Shown here one piece after another: positions 21,853-32,907 of a DNA stretch of 64,000 nucleotides. The notes under the pieces were generated by a model that saw only the letters and a program-made list of their open reading frames with translations, did no database searches and was not told where the DNA came from. Both the position numbers and the translations under genes were made by a program. Source of the stretch: Candidatus Eiseniibacteriota bacterium (GTDB taxonomy: Bacteria; Eisenbacteria; RBG-16-71-46); NCBI GenBank assembly GCA_963717935.1, contig CAVQXP010000003.1, positions 32,001 through 96,000 of the forward strand, read 5' to 3'. The first letter of the stretch is position 1, and the number at the start of each line of letters is the position of its first letter.

Positions 21853-23811
21853 ATGAGCGTCCCGGTGCGCATCCTGTTCGTCGAGGATTCCCGCGACGAC
21901 GTGGATCTGGTCCTCCACGAGCTGCGCCGCAGCGGCTTCACGCCCGATTACTGGGTCGTGGAGACCGAGGAGGCGATGCGCCGGGCGCTGGCCGACGAGC
22001 GCTGGGACCTGATCATCGCCGACCACGCCATGCCGCACTTCGACGCTCCCGGCGCGCTGGCCGTGCTCCAGCGGAGCGGGCTGGACCTGCCGCTCATCGT
22101 GGTCTCGGGCCACATCGGCGAGGAGCAGGCCGTGGCCTGCATGAGGGCGGGGGCCAGCGACTACCTCACCAAGGACAACCTGGCCCGGCTGGTGCCCGCG
22201 GTCGAGCGCGAGTTGCGCGAGGCCGCCCAGCGGCGCGAGGCGATGGCGGCGCTGAGCACCAGCGAGGAGCGCTACCGGCTGCTGGTGGAGAACTCCGCCG
22301 ACATGATCACGCTCCAGGACGGCCGGGGAGTCATCACCTTCGCGAGCCCCTCCGTCAGCCAGGTGCTCGGGTTCCCGCCCGCGAAGATCCTGGGCCGGAA
22401 GCTGCGTGATCTGGTCCACGAGGACGACGCGAAGATCCTGGAGGCGGCGCTGGACGAGGTGCTCGCCCACGGCTTCACCCCGCTGATCACGGGACTGCGG
22501 TTTCGTCACCGCGACGGTACCTGGCGCATCGTCGAGGGCAGCGCGGTGCGGATGGTCGAGCCCGGCGGCAAGGTTGGCATCGTCACCACGGGGCGGGACA
22601 TCACCGAGCGCATCCAGTTCGAGGCACAGCTGCACCAGGCCCAGAAGATGGAGGCAGTCGGCCGGCTGGCCGGGGGCGTGGCTCACGGCTTCAACAACCT
22701 GCTCACCGTGATCCAGGGGTACAGCAACCTGCTGCTCGACCAGCTCGACGAGAACCACGTCCTCCACCAGGAGGTGGCCGAGATCAAGCGCGCGGCGGAC
22801 CGGGCCGCGACCCTGACGCAGCAACTCCTGACGTTCGGCCGCAAGCCGGTCCTGAGCCTGCGCCCCGTGGACCTCAACCAGATCATCGGAGCGCTGGTCG
22901 CCAGGCTGCGCCAGCTCGCCGGCGAGGGGGTCGAGCTCACGACGAAGCTCGCGGCCGACCTCGCCCCGGTCCGGGTGGATCCCGGCCAGGTCGAGCAGGT
23001 GGTCGTGAACCTGACGACGAACGCGAGCGACGCCATGCCGCAAGGTGGCGTGCTCTCGATCGAGACCGCGAACGTGGAATTGGACGCCGCCAGCGCGCGG
23101 CGCTGCGCCGTGCAGCCCGGGTCCTTCGTCCTGCTCGCCGTGACGGATACGGGAGCGGGCATGGACGCGGCCACGCAGGCCCGTCTCTTCGAGCCCTTCT
23201 TCACGACCAAGGAGCCGGGCAAGGGCCTGGGGCTCGGGCTCTCCAGCGTGTACGCGATCGCGCGCCAGTGCGGGGGCGGCGTCCTTGTCTCCAGCGAGCC
23301 GGGACGCGGGAGCAGTTTCAGGATCTACCTGCCTCGCGTCGAGGGTCAAGCCGAGGCGCGGCCGCCGAAGCTGGCTCCCCACCAGGCCCGTGGCGACGAG
23401 ACCATCGTGTTGGTCGAGGATGATCTGCTCGTGAAGAACCTGGTGCACGACGTATTGCGCAAGAACGGTTACCAGGTGATGGAGTTCGTCAATGGCCGTG
23501 AGGCGCTGGCCCGGGTGAAGAGCCACAGTGGACTCATCCACCTGCTCGTCACCGACGTGGTGATGCCGGGCATGAGCGGCATCGAGCTGGCTCGCCAGCT
23601 CGCGCCGGGCCGCCCGGAGATGCGCGTCCTCTTCTTCTCCGGGTACACCGATGACCTGGTCGAGCGCCAGGGCGCGCTGCAGCCCGGGCGTGACTTCCTG
23701 CAGAAGCCGTTCACCCCGGACACGCTGCTGCGCAGAGTGCGCGCGCTGCTCGATGCGCCGGCTCTCGTCGCGGACGAGGGCGCCGCCCCGCCCGGCTCGC
23801 GCGACGACTGA
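21853..23811 (+). CDS. Cytoplasmic hybrid kinase REC-PAS-HisKA-HATPase-REC (CckA-like)
   Basis: QKMEAVGRLAGGVAHGFNNLL, FEPFFTTK, GLGLGL, LLVTDVVMP. Confidence 0.9.
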   Translation: MSVPVRILFVEDSRDDVDLVLHELRRSGFTPDYWVVETEEAMRRALADERWDLIIADHAMPHFDAPGALAVLQRSGLDLPLIVVSGHIGEEQAVACMRAGASDYLTKDNLARLVPAVERELREAAQRREAMAALSTSEERYRLLVENSADMITLQDGRGVITFASPSVSQVLGFPPAKILGRKLRDLVHEDDAKILEAALDEVLAHGFTPLITGLRFRHRDGTWRIVEGSAVRMVEPGGKVGIVTTGRDITERIQFEAQLHQAQKMEAVGRLAGGVAHGFNNLLTVIQGYSNLLLDQLDENHVLHQEVAEIKRAADRAATLTQQLLTFGRKPVLSLRPVDLNQIIGALVARLRQLAGEGVELTTKLAADLAPVRVDPGQVEQVVVNLTTNASDAMPQGGVLSIETANVELDAASARRCAVQPGSFVLLAVTDTGAGMDAATQARLFEPFFTTKEPGKGLGLGLSSVYAIARQCGGGVLVSSEPGRGSSFRIYLPRVEGQAEARPPKLAPHQARGDETIVLVEDDLLVKNLVHDVLRKNGYQVMEFVNGREALARVKSHSGLIHLLVTDVVMPGMSGIELARQLAPGRPEMRVLFFSGYTDDLVERQGALQPGRDFLQKPFTPDTLLRRVRALLDAPALVADEGAAPPGSRDD

Positions 23812-23907
23812 GCCTCGCGCCCGTCGCCGCCGCCTTCTTCCGGCCGGGGCCCCCACGGCCGGGAGGGGGCGTTCTCTTCCCCCTCATGTTGTGGCAGAGT
23901 GCGCGGC

Positions 23908-25854
23908 ATGACGATGCCCGACCCCCAGCGCGCGCGGACTCTCTTCGTCACGGCCTTCGGGCGGGCTCCCGTGCCGCCCGGCCCGTGGCGCCACCTGGTC
24001 GTGGTGGACGTGCCGCGCCAGCGGCTCGTGCTGCTCGACCGGCAGGGTGAAGGACTCGCCGAGTACCGGGTGTCCACCGCGGCCGCGGGGATCGGCGGCG
24101 AGGCGGGCTCGCTCCGGACACCTCCCGGTCTCCACCGCATCCACGCCCGGATCGGCGCGGGCCAGCCCGCGGGCGCGGTCTTCGCGAGCCGCGAGCCGAC
24201 CGGCGAGATCTGGCGCGGCGAACTGCGCGGCGACGATCTCATCCTCTCGCGCGTGATCACGCTCGACGGCCTCGAGGCGGGTGTGAACCGCGGGCCGGGG
24301 CGCGATTCGCTCGAGCGCTTCATCTACCTGCACGGCACGAATCACGAGGCCGCGCTGGGCGAGCCCGCCTCGCATGGCTGCGTCCGGCTGGGCAACGAGG
24401 ACGTGATCGAGTTGTTCGACCGCGTGGCCGAGGGCGACCTGGTGGCGGTGCTGGGCGAGGTGCCCGTCCCCGACTGGCGGCGCGGGCGCTTCCACTACGC
24501 CGGGCTCGGCGGCAGCGGCATGAGCGCGCTCGCCCAGTTCCAGGTCATGCGCGGCGGTGTTGCGAGCGGCAGCGACCGGGCCTTCGACCGTGGCGAGCGC
24601 TCCGGCGCTCGCGCGCAGCTCGAGCGCCTGGGCATCCGCGTCACGTCCCAGGACGGCAGCGGGCTCGAAGGTGCGGGAGCCCTCGTGGTCTCGACCGCGG
24701 TCGAGCGCGAGGTGCCGGACTATGCGACGGCCCGCCGGCTGGGCGTGCCCGTCGTGCACCGCTCGGAGCTGCTTGCGCGCTTCGTCGCCGACCATCGCGC
24801 CATCGCGGTCACCGGCACCAGCGGCAAGTCCACCGTGGTGGCCATGATCTTCGAGATCCTGCGCGGCGTTGGGCGCGACCCCTCGGTCATCACCGGCGGC
24901 GACCTGGTGATGCTCCAGCGGCAGGGCCTGTGGGGGAACGCCTGGGCCGGGCGCTCGGACCTGCTCGTGGTGGAGGCCGACGAGAGCGACGGTTCGGTCG
25001 TGCGTTACGAACCCGCGGTGGGCGTGGTCCTGAACCTGCAGCGCGACCACCGGGAGATGGACGAGGTGGCCGCGATGTTCCGCGCGTTCCGCGGGCGCGC
25101 CCGCGAAGCGTTCGTGGTGGGGGAGGGCGCGAACCTCGCGGTGCTCGCGGTGGGCGCGGTCGTGTTCGGCGTGGGTCCGGCGGCCGGCGTGCGCGGTGTG
25201 GACGTGGCGCTCGATCCGGGCAGTTCCGCTTTCACCGTCGAGGACGTGCGCTTCACGCTCCCCGTGCCCGGGCGCCACAACGTCGAGAACGCGCTGGCCG
25301 CGATCGCCGCCTGCCGCGCGGTGGGCGTGCCGCTCGCGGGGATGGCGGCGCCGCTCGCGCGCTTCCAGGGCGTGGGCCGGCGCTTCCAGTCGCTGGGCAC
25401 GGCGCGCGGCGTCGAGGTCGTGGACGACTTCGCCCACAACCCGGCCAAGATCGCCGCGGCCCTCGCGACCGCCCAGGCACGGGCCGCATCTGGCGGCGGG
25501 CGCGTGCTCGCCGTCTACCAGCCGCACGGCTACGGCCCCACGCGCTTCCTGCGGCGCGATTTCGTCGAGACGTTCGCGGCCGCGCTGCGTCCCGCGGACC
25601 GGCTCTGGATGCTGGAGGTGTTCTACGCCGGCGGGAGCGCCACGCGCGACTTCTCCGCCGCCGACATCGTGGGCGAGATCGCCGCGCGCGGCGTGGCGGC
25701 GGAGTTCGCGGAGTCGCGCGCATGGCTGACCGAGCGCATCGCCGGGGAGGCGCGGGAGGGCGACCTCGTCATCGTGATGGGAGCGCGCGACCCGTCGCTC
25801 ACGCAGTTGGCGCGCGACACGCTGGCGAGGCTGGGGGGCGGGTCGGGCGCCTGA
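23908..25854 (+). CDS. Fusion of an L,D-transpeptidase (YkuD) domain and a MurC/Mpl-like Mur ligase
   Basis: IYLHGT...ASHGCVRL, then GLGGSGMSALA, GTSGKST, EADESDG, GRHNVEN, DDFAHNP. Confidence 0.85.
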   Translation: MTMPDPQRARTLFVTAFGRAPVPPGPWRHLVVVDVPRQRLVLLDRQGEGLAEYRVSTAAAGIGGEAGSLRTPPGLHRIHARIGAGQPAGAVFASREPTGEIWRGELRGDDLILSRVITLDGLEAGVNRGPGRDSLERFIYLHGTNHEAALGEPASHGCVRLGNEDVIELFDRVAEGDLVAVLGEVPVPDWRRGRFHYAGLGGSGMSALAQFQVMRGGVASGSDRAFDRGERSGARAQLERLGIRVTSQDGSGLEGAGALVVSTAVEREVPDYATARRLGVPVVHRSELLARFVADHRAIAVTGTSGKSTVVAMIFEILRGVGRDPSVITGGDLVMLQRQGLWGNAWAGRSDLLVVEADESDGSVVRYEPAVGVVLNLQRDHREMDEVAAMFRAFRGRAREAFVVGEGANLAVLAVGAVVFGVGPAAGVRGVDVALDPGSSAFTVEDVRFTLPVPGRHNVENALAAIAACRAVGVPLAGMAAPLARFQGVGRRFQSLGTARGVEVVDDFAHNPAKIAAALATAQARAASGGGRVLAVYQPHGYGPTRFLRRDFVETFAAALRPADRLWMLEVFYAGGSATRDFSAADIVGEIAARGVAAEFAESRAWLTERIAGEAREGDLVIVMGARDPSLTQLARDTLARLGGGSGA

Positions 25855-25951
25855 CCGGGGCCCCGCGCCGAAGCCGGGACGTGGGTCCGGGCCGCGGCTT
25901 GTCGGGCAGATCAGGGCCTCTGGCCATGGACCCGCCGCTCGGAGCGGCGGG

Positions 25952-27664
25952 CTATTGCTGGTCGCGCACCAGAGACTCAAATGCGGCCAACCGCTCCGGA
26001 TCCGCCACATTGTTGAAGTAGAAGCATCTGAACATCGCGTAGTCGCGGCGCACGATGGAATCCGGCAGGGAGCCCGCGCGGGCGATGTACCGGTCAAGGG
26101 CGGTGGGAACGTCGGCGAATCGAGCGCCGCGACGGGCCAGCTCGGCCATCAGGGCGGGCTCCCAGCGGAGCACGCAGGCGACCTCGCCGTCGAGGTCGAC
26201 CTCCAGGGGAGAGATGCTGTCCGCCAGGGCGAGCGCCGGCACGACGATCGGATCCAGCCCGAAATTGACCTTCCTCTCGTCGAGCAGGTAGGCGGCCGTG
26301 GGCCTCTTCTCGTGTCCTATCCGCCCGCGCTCCGTCAGGGGTTGCCGGGCGATGGCCCGGTCGGTCAGGCCTGTCGAGCACTCGATCGCCACCGGCACCT
26401 TCGAGTAGTAGATCACCCGGGTGTCGGCCCCCATGAAGACGGCCCTCACCGGCAGCCCGCGCAGGTAGCGAGCCATGACTTCGCCTCTTCTGCGGAGCTC
26501 CCTGCACTTCTCCGGTGCGTAGTAGAGCCTCTCGTTCACGATCCCGTCGACCCAGCCTTCTCCGGAGAACGGATAGGGCGTGCACGCGACTCCCAGCAGC
26601 AAGCCTGCCGCGGCCGCGAACTTCGCGAACGTACCCTTCGGCACCAGACGCAGGACGGCAAGCTCGGTGAGGATGAGATAGAAGGGCGTCACGGGGATCA
26701 GCAGGCGGGCGAACATGAAGTCGCCGCCCACGCGAACGACGTAGAACGTGTAGGGGAGCGCCAGGGACAGGGCCAGCAGCGCCTCCGTCCTCCATCCCAT
26801 CGCAGGTCCCGTGGGCTTGCCCCTTCGTGTCCGAGCCGGCAGGGCCGCGAGGACTGCTGCTGCCACGGTGCCCACTGCCAGCACCCAGTACTTGGAGAAG
26901 AAGAGCCGAGTGTAGGTCCAGCCCTGCGAGTACCAGGCCAGCGCAGCGGACTTGGCGTAGTAGGGATTGGGGAAGAAGTCACCGTAATACCAGAGTCTCC
27001 ACGCGATGAGGGGGAGCGACACTGCAAGGAACCCGGCGCCGAAGGCCACGGCCGGCCAGGGCCTGGCGCGTCCGGTCACGAGCACGAACAGGCCCACGGC
27101 GACCGCCAGGAGCACGCCGTCCGGCCGAGTCAGCGCAGCCACGCCGAAGATGAACCCACCCCATCCGAGCCGTGACGGTCTCGCGGTTCCGCCGGCGACG
27201 ACGACGAAACCGAGTACGGCAAGGAACGTGAAGAGCGAGGTCTCCAGCCCGCTGGTGGCGTAGACGTTCCAGTCGGCGTGCACCGCGGCGAGCAGCGCCG
27301 CGAGCGGGACCACGATGGAGCTTCCCCCCGATGCCCGCGCACGCTGCAGGCTGCGCAGGCCCAGGAGCAGGATGCTGCCCGCGTAGAAGGCGATTCCCCA
27401 CGCGACGGACCAGGCCTCCGGGTCGAATCCCAGCCGGATGCCCAGCGCGGCCCAGAGCGTCCACAGGAGGTTGCTGTAGCCCTCGACCCGTTCGCCGGCA
27501 TTGAACACCAGGCCCAACCCGTGGACGAGGTTCTCGGCGTACCGGAACGAGATGAACGCGTCGTCGCAGATCCACGCCACGTGCCGGGCCGCGATGATTC
27601 CCCAAACGACGGCAAGGGTGGCACCTGCAGTGACGGAAACATCGCGGGCAGTGGATGGCCGCAT
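25952..27664 (-). CDS. GT-C-fold membrane glycosyltransferase (AftB-like)
   Basis: WICDDAFISFRYA, ERVEGYS, SGLET, TRPDG, and many TM helices. Start could be 27700. Confidence 0.75.
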   Translation of the reverse strand: MRPSTARDVSVTAGATLAVVWGIIAARHVAWICDDAFISFRYAENLVHGLGLVFNAGERVEGYSNLLWTLWAALGIRLGFDPEAWSVAWGIAFYAGSILLLGLRSLQRARASGGSSIVVPLAALLAAVHADWNVYATSGLETSLFTFLAVLGFVVVAGGTARPSRLGWGGFIFGVAALTRPDGVLLAVAVGLFVLVTGRARPWPAVAFGAGFLAVSLPLIAWRLWYYGDFFPNPYYAKSAALAWYSQGWTYTRLFFSKYWVLAVGTVAAAVLAALPARTRRGKPTGPAMGWRTEALLALSLALPYTFYVVRVGGDFMFARLLIPVTPFYLILTELAVLRLVPKGTFAKFAAAAGLLLGVACTPYPFSGEGWVDGIVNERLYYAPEKCRELRRRGEVMARYLRGLPVRAVFMGADTRVIYYSKVPVAIECSTGLTDRAIARQPLTERGRIGHEKRPTAAYLLDERKVNFGLDPIVVPALALADSISPLEVDLDGEVACVLRWEPALMAELARRGARFADVPTALDRYIARAGSLPDSIVRRDYAMFRCFYFNNVADPERLAAFESLVRDQQ

Positions 27665-28020
27665 CGCGGCGAGCTTGAGCCAGATGCTCGTCCTGGCCAC
27701 AGCGAAGCCCCCCCAGGGCTGAAGACGCGGGCAGGTGATGCCCCGGAGCCCGCCGGCTCCGGACTCTCGCTTGCGTCGAGCCCTCTGCTATCCTCAACAG
27801 ATGGGGGAAGGGCGCGCGCCCGAAGTTTACCTGCATCGCGCCTGAGTGTCACGAGCTAATCCCTCCGGGGTGCCCTGGAGGTCGGACGGATCCAACCAGA
27901 CCGTCCCGGCAAGGTCGACGTGGCCGGGGCCGACGCGGCCGTTCTACCGCCGGGGACGTGCGTCGGCCCGCCGCCAGCTCACCGGGCCTGGCCTTCGGAA
28001 TCCGTATGTGAAAGGCGTGC

Positions 28021-29751
28021 ATGAAGCGGGTCACGCAGGGGCGATCTTGGAGCGAAACGCTCTCGGGCATCACCGCCGACGCATCGTCCGGAACCCCCGC
28101 ACAGCGCGACCGCGACTGGCCGCTGCGGCTGGCACTCGCCGTCTCGCTGGCGATGGCCGCTCACCTCCTGCTCAGCGCGCTCGGATTCAGTCCCACCGAC
28201 GACGGCTTCATCCTCGCGCAGAGCCGTCGCATCCTGTCCGGGGAGGTCCCCCACCGCGACTTCATCTCGATCCGTCCGGTGGGCTCCGCCATCCTGCACG
28301 TTCCCGAGCTGCTGTGGGGCGGAAGCCACGCATTCCTGCTGTCCCGGTTCATCTACTGGCTCGAGGCCGCGCTCGGCTGCTGGTGCTGGCTCGAGATCGC
28401 GCGCATGCGCCTGCGGCTGAGCACGGGCGCGCTCGCCTCGCTGCCTCTTCTCGTGCTCGCGTTCATGCTCTCGACGCACGCCTTCCCACCCATGGCATGG
28501 CACACGGTGGACGGCGTGTTCCTGGCCTCGCTGGGCTTCCTGCTGGCACAGCGGCCGGGCGCTCGGGGTCGGGCGCTCGGCTATGCCCTGGTGGGCGCCT
28601 CGGCGCTCTGCAAGCAGAGCTTCCTGCCGCTGCTGCCCGCGGCGGTGATCCTGAACGGCGATGCGCGGCGCGCCGCCGCGTGGATCGCGGTCGCGCTTCC
28701 CGCGGCGGCATACGGACTCGTGCTGGTGGCGCTTGGCGCCGGGCACGACCTGCGACTCCAACTGCTGGCACTCACTGACGTCTGGGAGAGCGGCGTGAAG
28801 CCGTTCACGCACCAGCCGTGGGCCCTCGTGGGCATCATCCTCGGGGCGGCGAGCACGATGTGCCTTCGAGCGGGATCCGGGCGCTGGCCGATTCCCCCCG
28901 CACTCGTGCGCGCGCTTCCCTGGCTGGGCGCTCTCCTGATGTGGGGCGTGTTCGTCCATGCGGGGCGGCTCATGAACGCCGAGGGTTATGTGTTCATCGA
29001 TCGCGCCGCGTACATCCTGTTCGGGGCCGGCCTCGGGCTGACGGTGACCACGATGCCCTTCCGCGACGCGCGGCCGCTCGCCGCGATCGCCGCGTTTGCG
29101 CTCGCGGTGGCCTGGAGCAGCTCGGTCTCGCTCGGCTATCGCACGCCGGCGCTGGCGTCGGGGCCGTTGGCGCTCGTCGCGGCGCTCGGCCTGCCGTGGC
29201 TGCTCGGCGGTCCCGTCCGCGCCGGTGCGACGCGCGCTGCGGGGCTGTTGGCAACGGTGGCGGTGCTGGTGATCGCGGGTCACTGGTGGTCGGCGCGACA
29301 CGATCACATCTATCACGAGCAGACGGCACCGGCGCTCACGTTCCGGCTGGACGGCGTGCTGCCAGGCGGCGACGGGATCCGGACCAACCGCAACACGTAC
29401 GCGGCGCTCGCCGACCTGCGCGAGGCCACGCGGCGCACGCATGGCAAACCCTACGCGATCCTCGTGGACGTGCCGGGGTGGTGGGCCTGCGCCGAGCAGC
29501 GGAATCCGCTTCCCACAGACTGGCCGCAGTCCATCGAGCTGTGCACGCCGCCGCTGCAGCAGCGCTTCTCGGAGAGTCTGGTGCGCCAGCGGGGGCGCCT
29601 GGCCGTGCTCGTGCAGAAGGTCGAGCTTGCGAACGTGCAGGACGGCTTCGCGCCGGTTGCCCCGACGAACTTCTACTACTATGCGGGGACGCTCGCGCGG
29701 CAGTTGTACACGAGGACCAGCGAAACGCGCTACTGGACGATCTGCGAGTAG
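28021..29751 (+). CDS. Polytopic membrane protein, probable GT-C glycosyltransferase
   Basis: TDDG..RILSGEVPHRDF after the first TM, a KQ motif, many TM segments, and a soluble C-terminus. Confidence 0.6.
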   Translation: MKRVTQGRSWSETLSGITADASSGTPAQRDRDWPLRLALAVSLAMAAHLLLSALGFSPTDDGFILAQSRRILSGEVPHRDFISIRPVGSAILHVPELLWGGSHAFLLSRFIYWLEAALGCWCWLEIARMRLRLSTGALASLPLLVLAFMLSTHAFPPMAWHTVDGVFLASLGFLLAQRPGARGRALGYALVGASALCKQSFLPLLPAAVILNGDARRAAAWIAVALPAAAYGLVLVALGAGHDLRLQLLALTDVWESGVKPFTHQPWALVGIILGAASTMCLRAGSGRWPIPPALVRALPWLGALLMWGVFVHAGRLMNAEGYVFIDRAAYILFGAGLGLTVTTMPFRDARPLAAIAAFALAVAWSSSVSLGYRTPALASGPLALVAALGLPWLLGGPVRAGATRAAGLLATVAVLVIAGHWWSARHDHIYHEQTAPALTFRLDGVLPGGDGIRTNRNTYAALADLREATRRTHGKPYAILVDVPGWWACAEQRNPLPTDWPQSIELCTPPLQQRFSESLVRQRGRLAVLVQKVELANVQDGFAPVAPTNFYYYAGTLARQLYTRTSETRYWTICE

Positions 29752-29815
29752 CGTGGCCGGCTGGCTGCGATCGATTCGCGCAGACTGGCGTCCCCGGCCG
29801 CGGCCCCCGCCCGTC

Positions 29816-31072
29816 TCACCCGCCCGGGCGCGCCCCCGGGCCGAATCTCCGCTCGACGTACTCGTCGAGCATGCGCACGAAGTCCCCGGCGATCGCGTCG
29901 CCCTTGAGCGTGGCGGCGAGCTTGCCGTCCACGAAGACGGGCGCGCGCGGGTCCTCGCCCGTGCCGGGCAGCGAGATGCCGATGTCGGAGTGGCGGCTCT
30001 CGCCGGGGCCGTTCACCACGCAGCCCATCACCGCCACGCGCAGCGTCTCGACCCCGGGGTAGGCCGCGCGCCAGCGGGGGATGCGCTCCTGGATGTGCGC
30101 GGTGACGCGGGCGGCCAGCTCCTGGAAGAACGTGCTGGTGGTGCGCCCACAGCCCGGGCAGGAGGTGACCTGCGGGGCGAAGCGGCGGATCCCGAGCGAC
30201 TGGAGCACCTGCTGGCAGATCCGCACCTCGTCGGCGCGGTCACCGCCCGGCGTGGGCGTGAGGCTGGTGCGGATGGTGTCGCCGATGCCCTCGGCGAGCA
30301 GGATCGAGAGCGCGGCGGCACTCGCCACGGTGCCCTTCATGCCGGGACCCGCCTCGGTCAGCCCGAGGTGCAGCGGGTAGTCGCAGGCGGTGCCGAGCGC
30401 GCGATAGACCGCGACCAGGTCGCCCACCTCGCTCACCTTGGCCGAGAGCACGATGCGGTCGTGCGGCAGGCCGCAGCGCTCGGCCAGCTCGGCCGAGCGG
30501 AGCGCGCTCTCGCGGATGGCCTCGAGCATGACCTCGTGGTCGGGGCGGGGCTCGGGGCGCCGCGCGTTCGCGTCCATCAGGCCCGTCAACAGCGCGCGGT
30601 CGAGCGAGCCCCAGTTCACGCCGATCCGCAGCGGTTTGTCGTGCTCGACCGCCACCTCGATCATGCGGCGGAAGTTCTCGTCGTGCCTGCCGCCCACGCC
30701 CACGTTGCCGGGATTGATCCGGTACTTGTCGAGCGCGCGGGCGCACTCCGGGTGCTCGGTCAGGAGCAGGTGCCCGTTGTAGTGGAAGTCGCCGACCAGG
30801 GGCACGCGCACGCCCCGCTCGTCGAGATGGCGGCGGATCCCGGGCACGGCGGCCGCGGCCTCGCGCGTGTTGACGGTGATGCGCACCAGCTCGGAGCCGG
30901 CCGCGGCGAGGTGCGCGACCTGCCGGGCCGTGGCGTCAGCGTCAGCGGTGTCCGTGTTGGTCATGGACTGCACGACCACCGGGTGCGCCGAGCCCAGCGG
31001 CACGTCCCCCACGCGGCAGGTGACGGTCGGACGGCGGCCCGAGAGCGCGCCTTCGATGCGGACGAGAGGCAT
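29816..31072 (-). CDS. ispG: HMBPP synthase IspG (GcpE)
   Basis: [46 protein letters not shown]. Confidence 0.97.
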   Translation of the reverse strand: MPLVRIEGALSGRRPTVTCRVGDVPLGSAHPVVVQSMTNTDTADADATARQVAHLAAAGSELVRITVNTREAAAAVPGIRRHLDERGVRVPLVGDFHYNGHLLLTEHPECARALDKYRINPGNVGVGGRHDENFRRMIEVAVEHDKPLRIGVNWGSLDRALLTGLMDANARRPEPRPDHEVMLEAIRESALRSAELAERCGLPHDRIVLSAKVSEVGDLVAVYRALGTACDYPLHLGLTEAGPGMKGTVASAAALSILLAEGIGDTIRTSLTPTPGGDRADEVRICQQVLQSLGIRRFAPQVTSCPGCGRTTSTFFQELAARVTAHIQERIPRWRAAYPGVETLRVAVMGCVVNGPGESRHSDIGISLPGTGEDPRAPVFVDGKLAATLKGDAIAGDFVRMLDEYVERRFGPGARPGG

Positions 31073-31104
31073 GAAGCGAAGAGTAGGGAGGCGCCTGGAG
31101 GGCG

Positions 31105-32787
31105 TCAACCGCGCGCCAGCCTCCGGTACTTGATGCGGTGCGGCTGGTCGGCCTCGCGGCCGAGCCGCTCGTGGCGGACCTTCTCGTAGTCGGCGTAGTT
31201 GCCCTCGAAGAACACGACCTGGCTGTCGCCCTCGAAGGCCAGCATGTGGGTGGCGATGCGGTCCAGGAACCAGCGGTCGTGGGAGATGACCACGACGCAG
31301 CCGGCGAACTCGATCAGCGCCTCCTCGAGCGCACGCAGCGTGTCCACGTCGAGGTCGTTGGTGGGCTCGTCCAGGAGCAGCACGTTGGCCCCGCTCTTGA
31401 GGATGCGCGCCAGGTGGACGCGGTTGCGCTCGCCGCCCGAGAGGTCCTTCACGCGCTTCTGCTGGTCGGCGCCCTTGAAGTTGAACGAGGCCACGTAGGA
31501 GCGCGAGTTCATCGAGCGCTTGCCCAGCTCGATCATGTCCTTCCCGTCGGAGATGGCCTCCCAGACGTTCGCGTCGGGCGGCAGCGCGTCGCGGCTCTGG
31601 TCCACGTAGGCCAGGCTCACGGTCTCGCCGATGCGCAGCGTGCCGGCGTCGGGCTTCTCCTGCCCGGTGATCATGCGGAAGAGCGTGGTCTTGCCGGCGC
31701 CGTTCGGGCCGATCACGCCGATGATGCCGGCGGGGGGGAGCTTGAACGACAGGTCCTCGATGAGCAGGTTGTCGCCGTAGCCCTTGCGCAGGTGCTCGGT
31801 CTCGATGACCACGGTGCCCAGGCGCGGCCCGGGCGGGATGTAGATCTCGATGTTCTCGAGCTTCTCGCGGCCGTCCTCGGCCAGCAGCTTCTCGTAGGCG
31901 GCGAGCCGCGCCTTGCCCTTGGCCTGCCGCGCGCGCGCGGCCATGTGCACCCACTCGAGCTCGCGCTGGAGCGTGCGCTGCCGTGCGCTCTCCTGCTTCT
32001 CCTCGACCGCGAGACGCTTGCGCTTCTGGTCGAGCCAGGAGGTGTAGTTGCCCTCCCAGGGGATGCCCGCGCCGCGGTCGAGCTCCAGGATCCAACCCGC
32101 CACGTTGTCGAGGAAGTAGCGGTCGTGGGTCACGGCGACGACCGTGCCGGCGTACTCCTTGAGGAAGCGCTCGAGCCAGGCGACCGACTCGGCGTCGAGG
32201 TGGTTCGTGGGCTCGTCCAGCAGCAGCAGGTCCGGCTCCTGCAGCAGCAGCCGGCACAGCGCCACGCGCCGCCGCTCGCCGCCCGAGAGCGTCGTCACGT
32301 CCTGCTCGGGCGGCGGGCAGCGCAACGCGTCCATGGCGATCTCGAGGTGGCGCTCCAGCTCCCACAGGTTGCCGGCATCCATCTTGTCCTGGACCTTGGC
32401 CTGCTCCTCGAGCAGCTTCGCCATCTCGTCGTCGTCCAACGGCTCGGCGAAGCGCGCGCTGATCTCGTTCCAGCGGCGCACGACGGCCATCTTCTCGGCC
32501 ACGCCCTCCTGGACGTTCTCGAGCACGGTCTTCGCCGGGTCGAGGGTGGGCTCCTGCGTCAGGAAGCCGACCGTGTAGCCCTTGCCGAGGAAGGCCTCGC
32601 CGATGAAGTCGGGGTCCACGCCCGCCATGATGCGCAGCAGCGAGCTCTTGCCCGCGCCGTTCAGGCCGAGCACGCCGATCTTGGCGCCGTCGAAGAACGA
32701 GAGCCAGATCCCCTTGAGGATCTCGCGCTTGGGGGGGACGACCTTGTGGAGGTCCTTCATGGTGTAGATGAAATCGGGCGACATCAT
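31105..32787 (-). CDS. ettA: Energy-dependent translational throttle EttA (ABC-F)
   Basis: [32 protein letters not shown], and C-terminal PHRIKY. Confidence 0.96.
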   Translation of the reverse strand: MMSPDFIYTMKDLHKVVPPKREILKGIWLSFFDGAKIGVLGLNGAGKSSLLRIMAGVDPDFIGEAFLGKGYTVGFLTQEPTLDPAKTVLENVQEGVAEKMAVVRRWNEISARFAEPLDDDEMAKLLEEQAKVQDKMDAGNLWELERHLEIAMDALRCPPPEQDVTTLSGGERRRVALCRLLLQEPDLLLLDEPTNHLDAESVAWLERFLKEYAGTVVAVTHDRYFLDNVAGWILELDRGAGIPWEGNYTSWLDQKRKRLAVEEKQESARQRTLQRELEWVHMAARARQAKGKARLAAYEKLLAEDGREKLENIEIYIPPGPRLGTVVIETEHLRKGYGDNLLIEDLSFKLPPAGIIGVIGPNGAGKTTLFRMITGQEKPDAGTLRIGETVSLAYVDQSRDALPPDANVWEAISDGKDMIELGKRSMNSRSYVASFNFKGADQQKRVKDLSGGERNRVHLARILKSGANVLLLDEPTNDLDVDTLRALEEALIEFAGCVVVISHDRWFLDRIATHMLAFEGDSQVVFFEGNYADYEKVRHERLGREADQPHRIKYRRLARG

Positions 32788-32907
32788 GCCTCGCAAGGTG
32801 GAGGGACCCGGGAGATCCGTGGGAGAACGCGGCGGGACAGGATGCGGGATGGCGGTGGCGCGCGCAAGGCGGGTATGCTGCGAGCGCCAGGACCGCCAGG
32901 AGGTGCA

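Noticed and set aside
27700..28020. Possible riboswitch between the divergent GT-C genes (also checked 2780-3020 and 20940-21260)
   Set aside because: I could not match any known aptamer consensus by eye. An Rfam scan would be needed.
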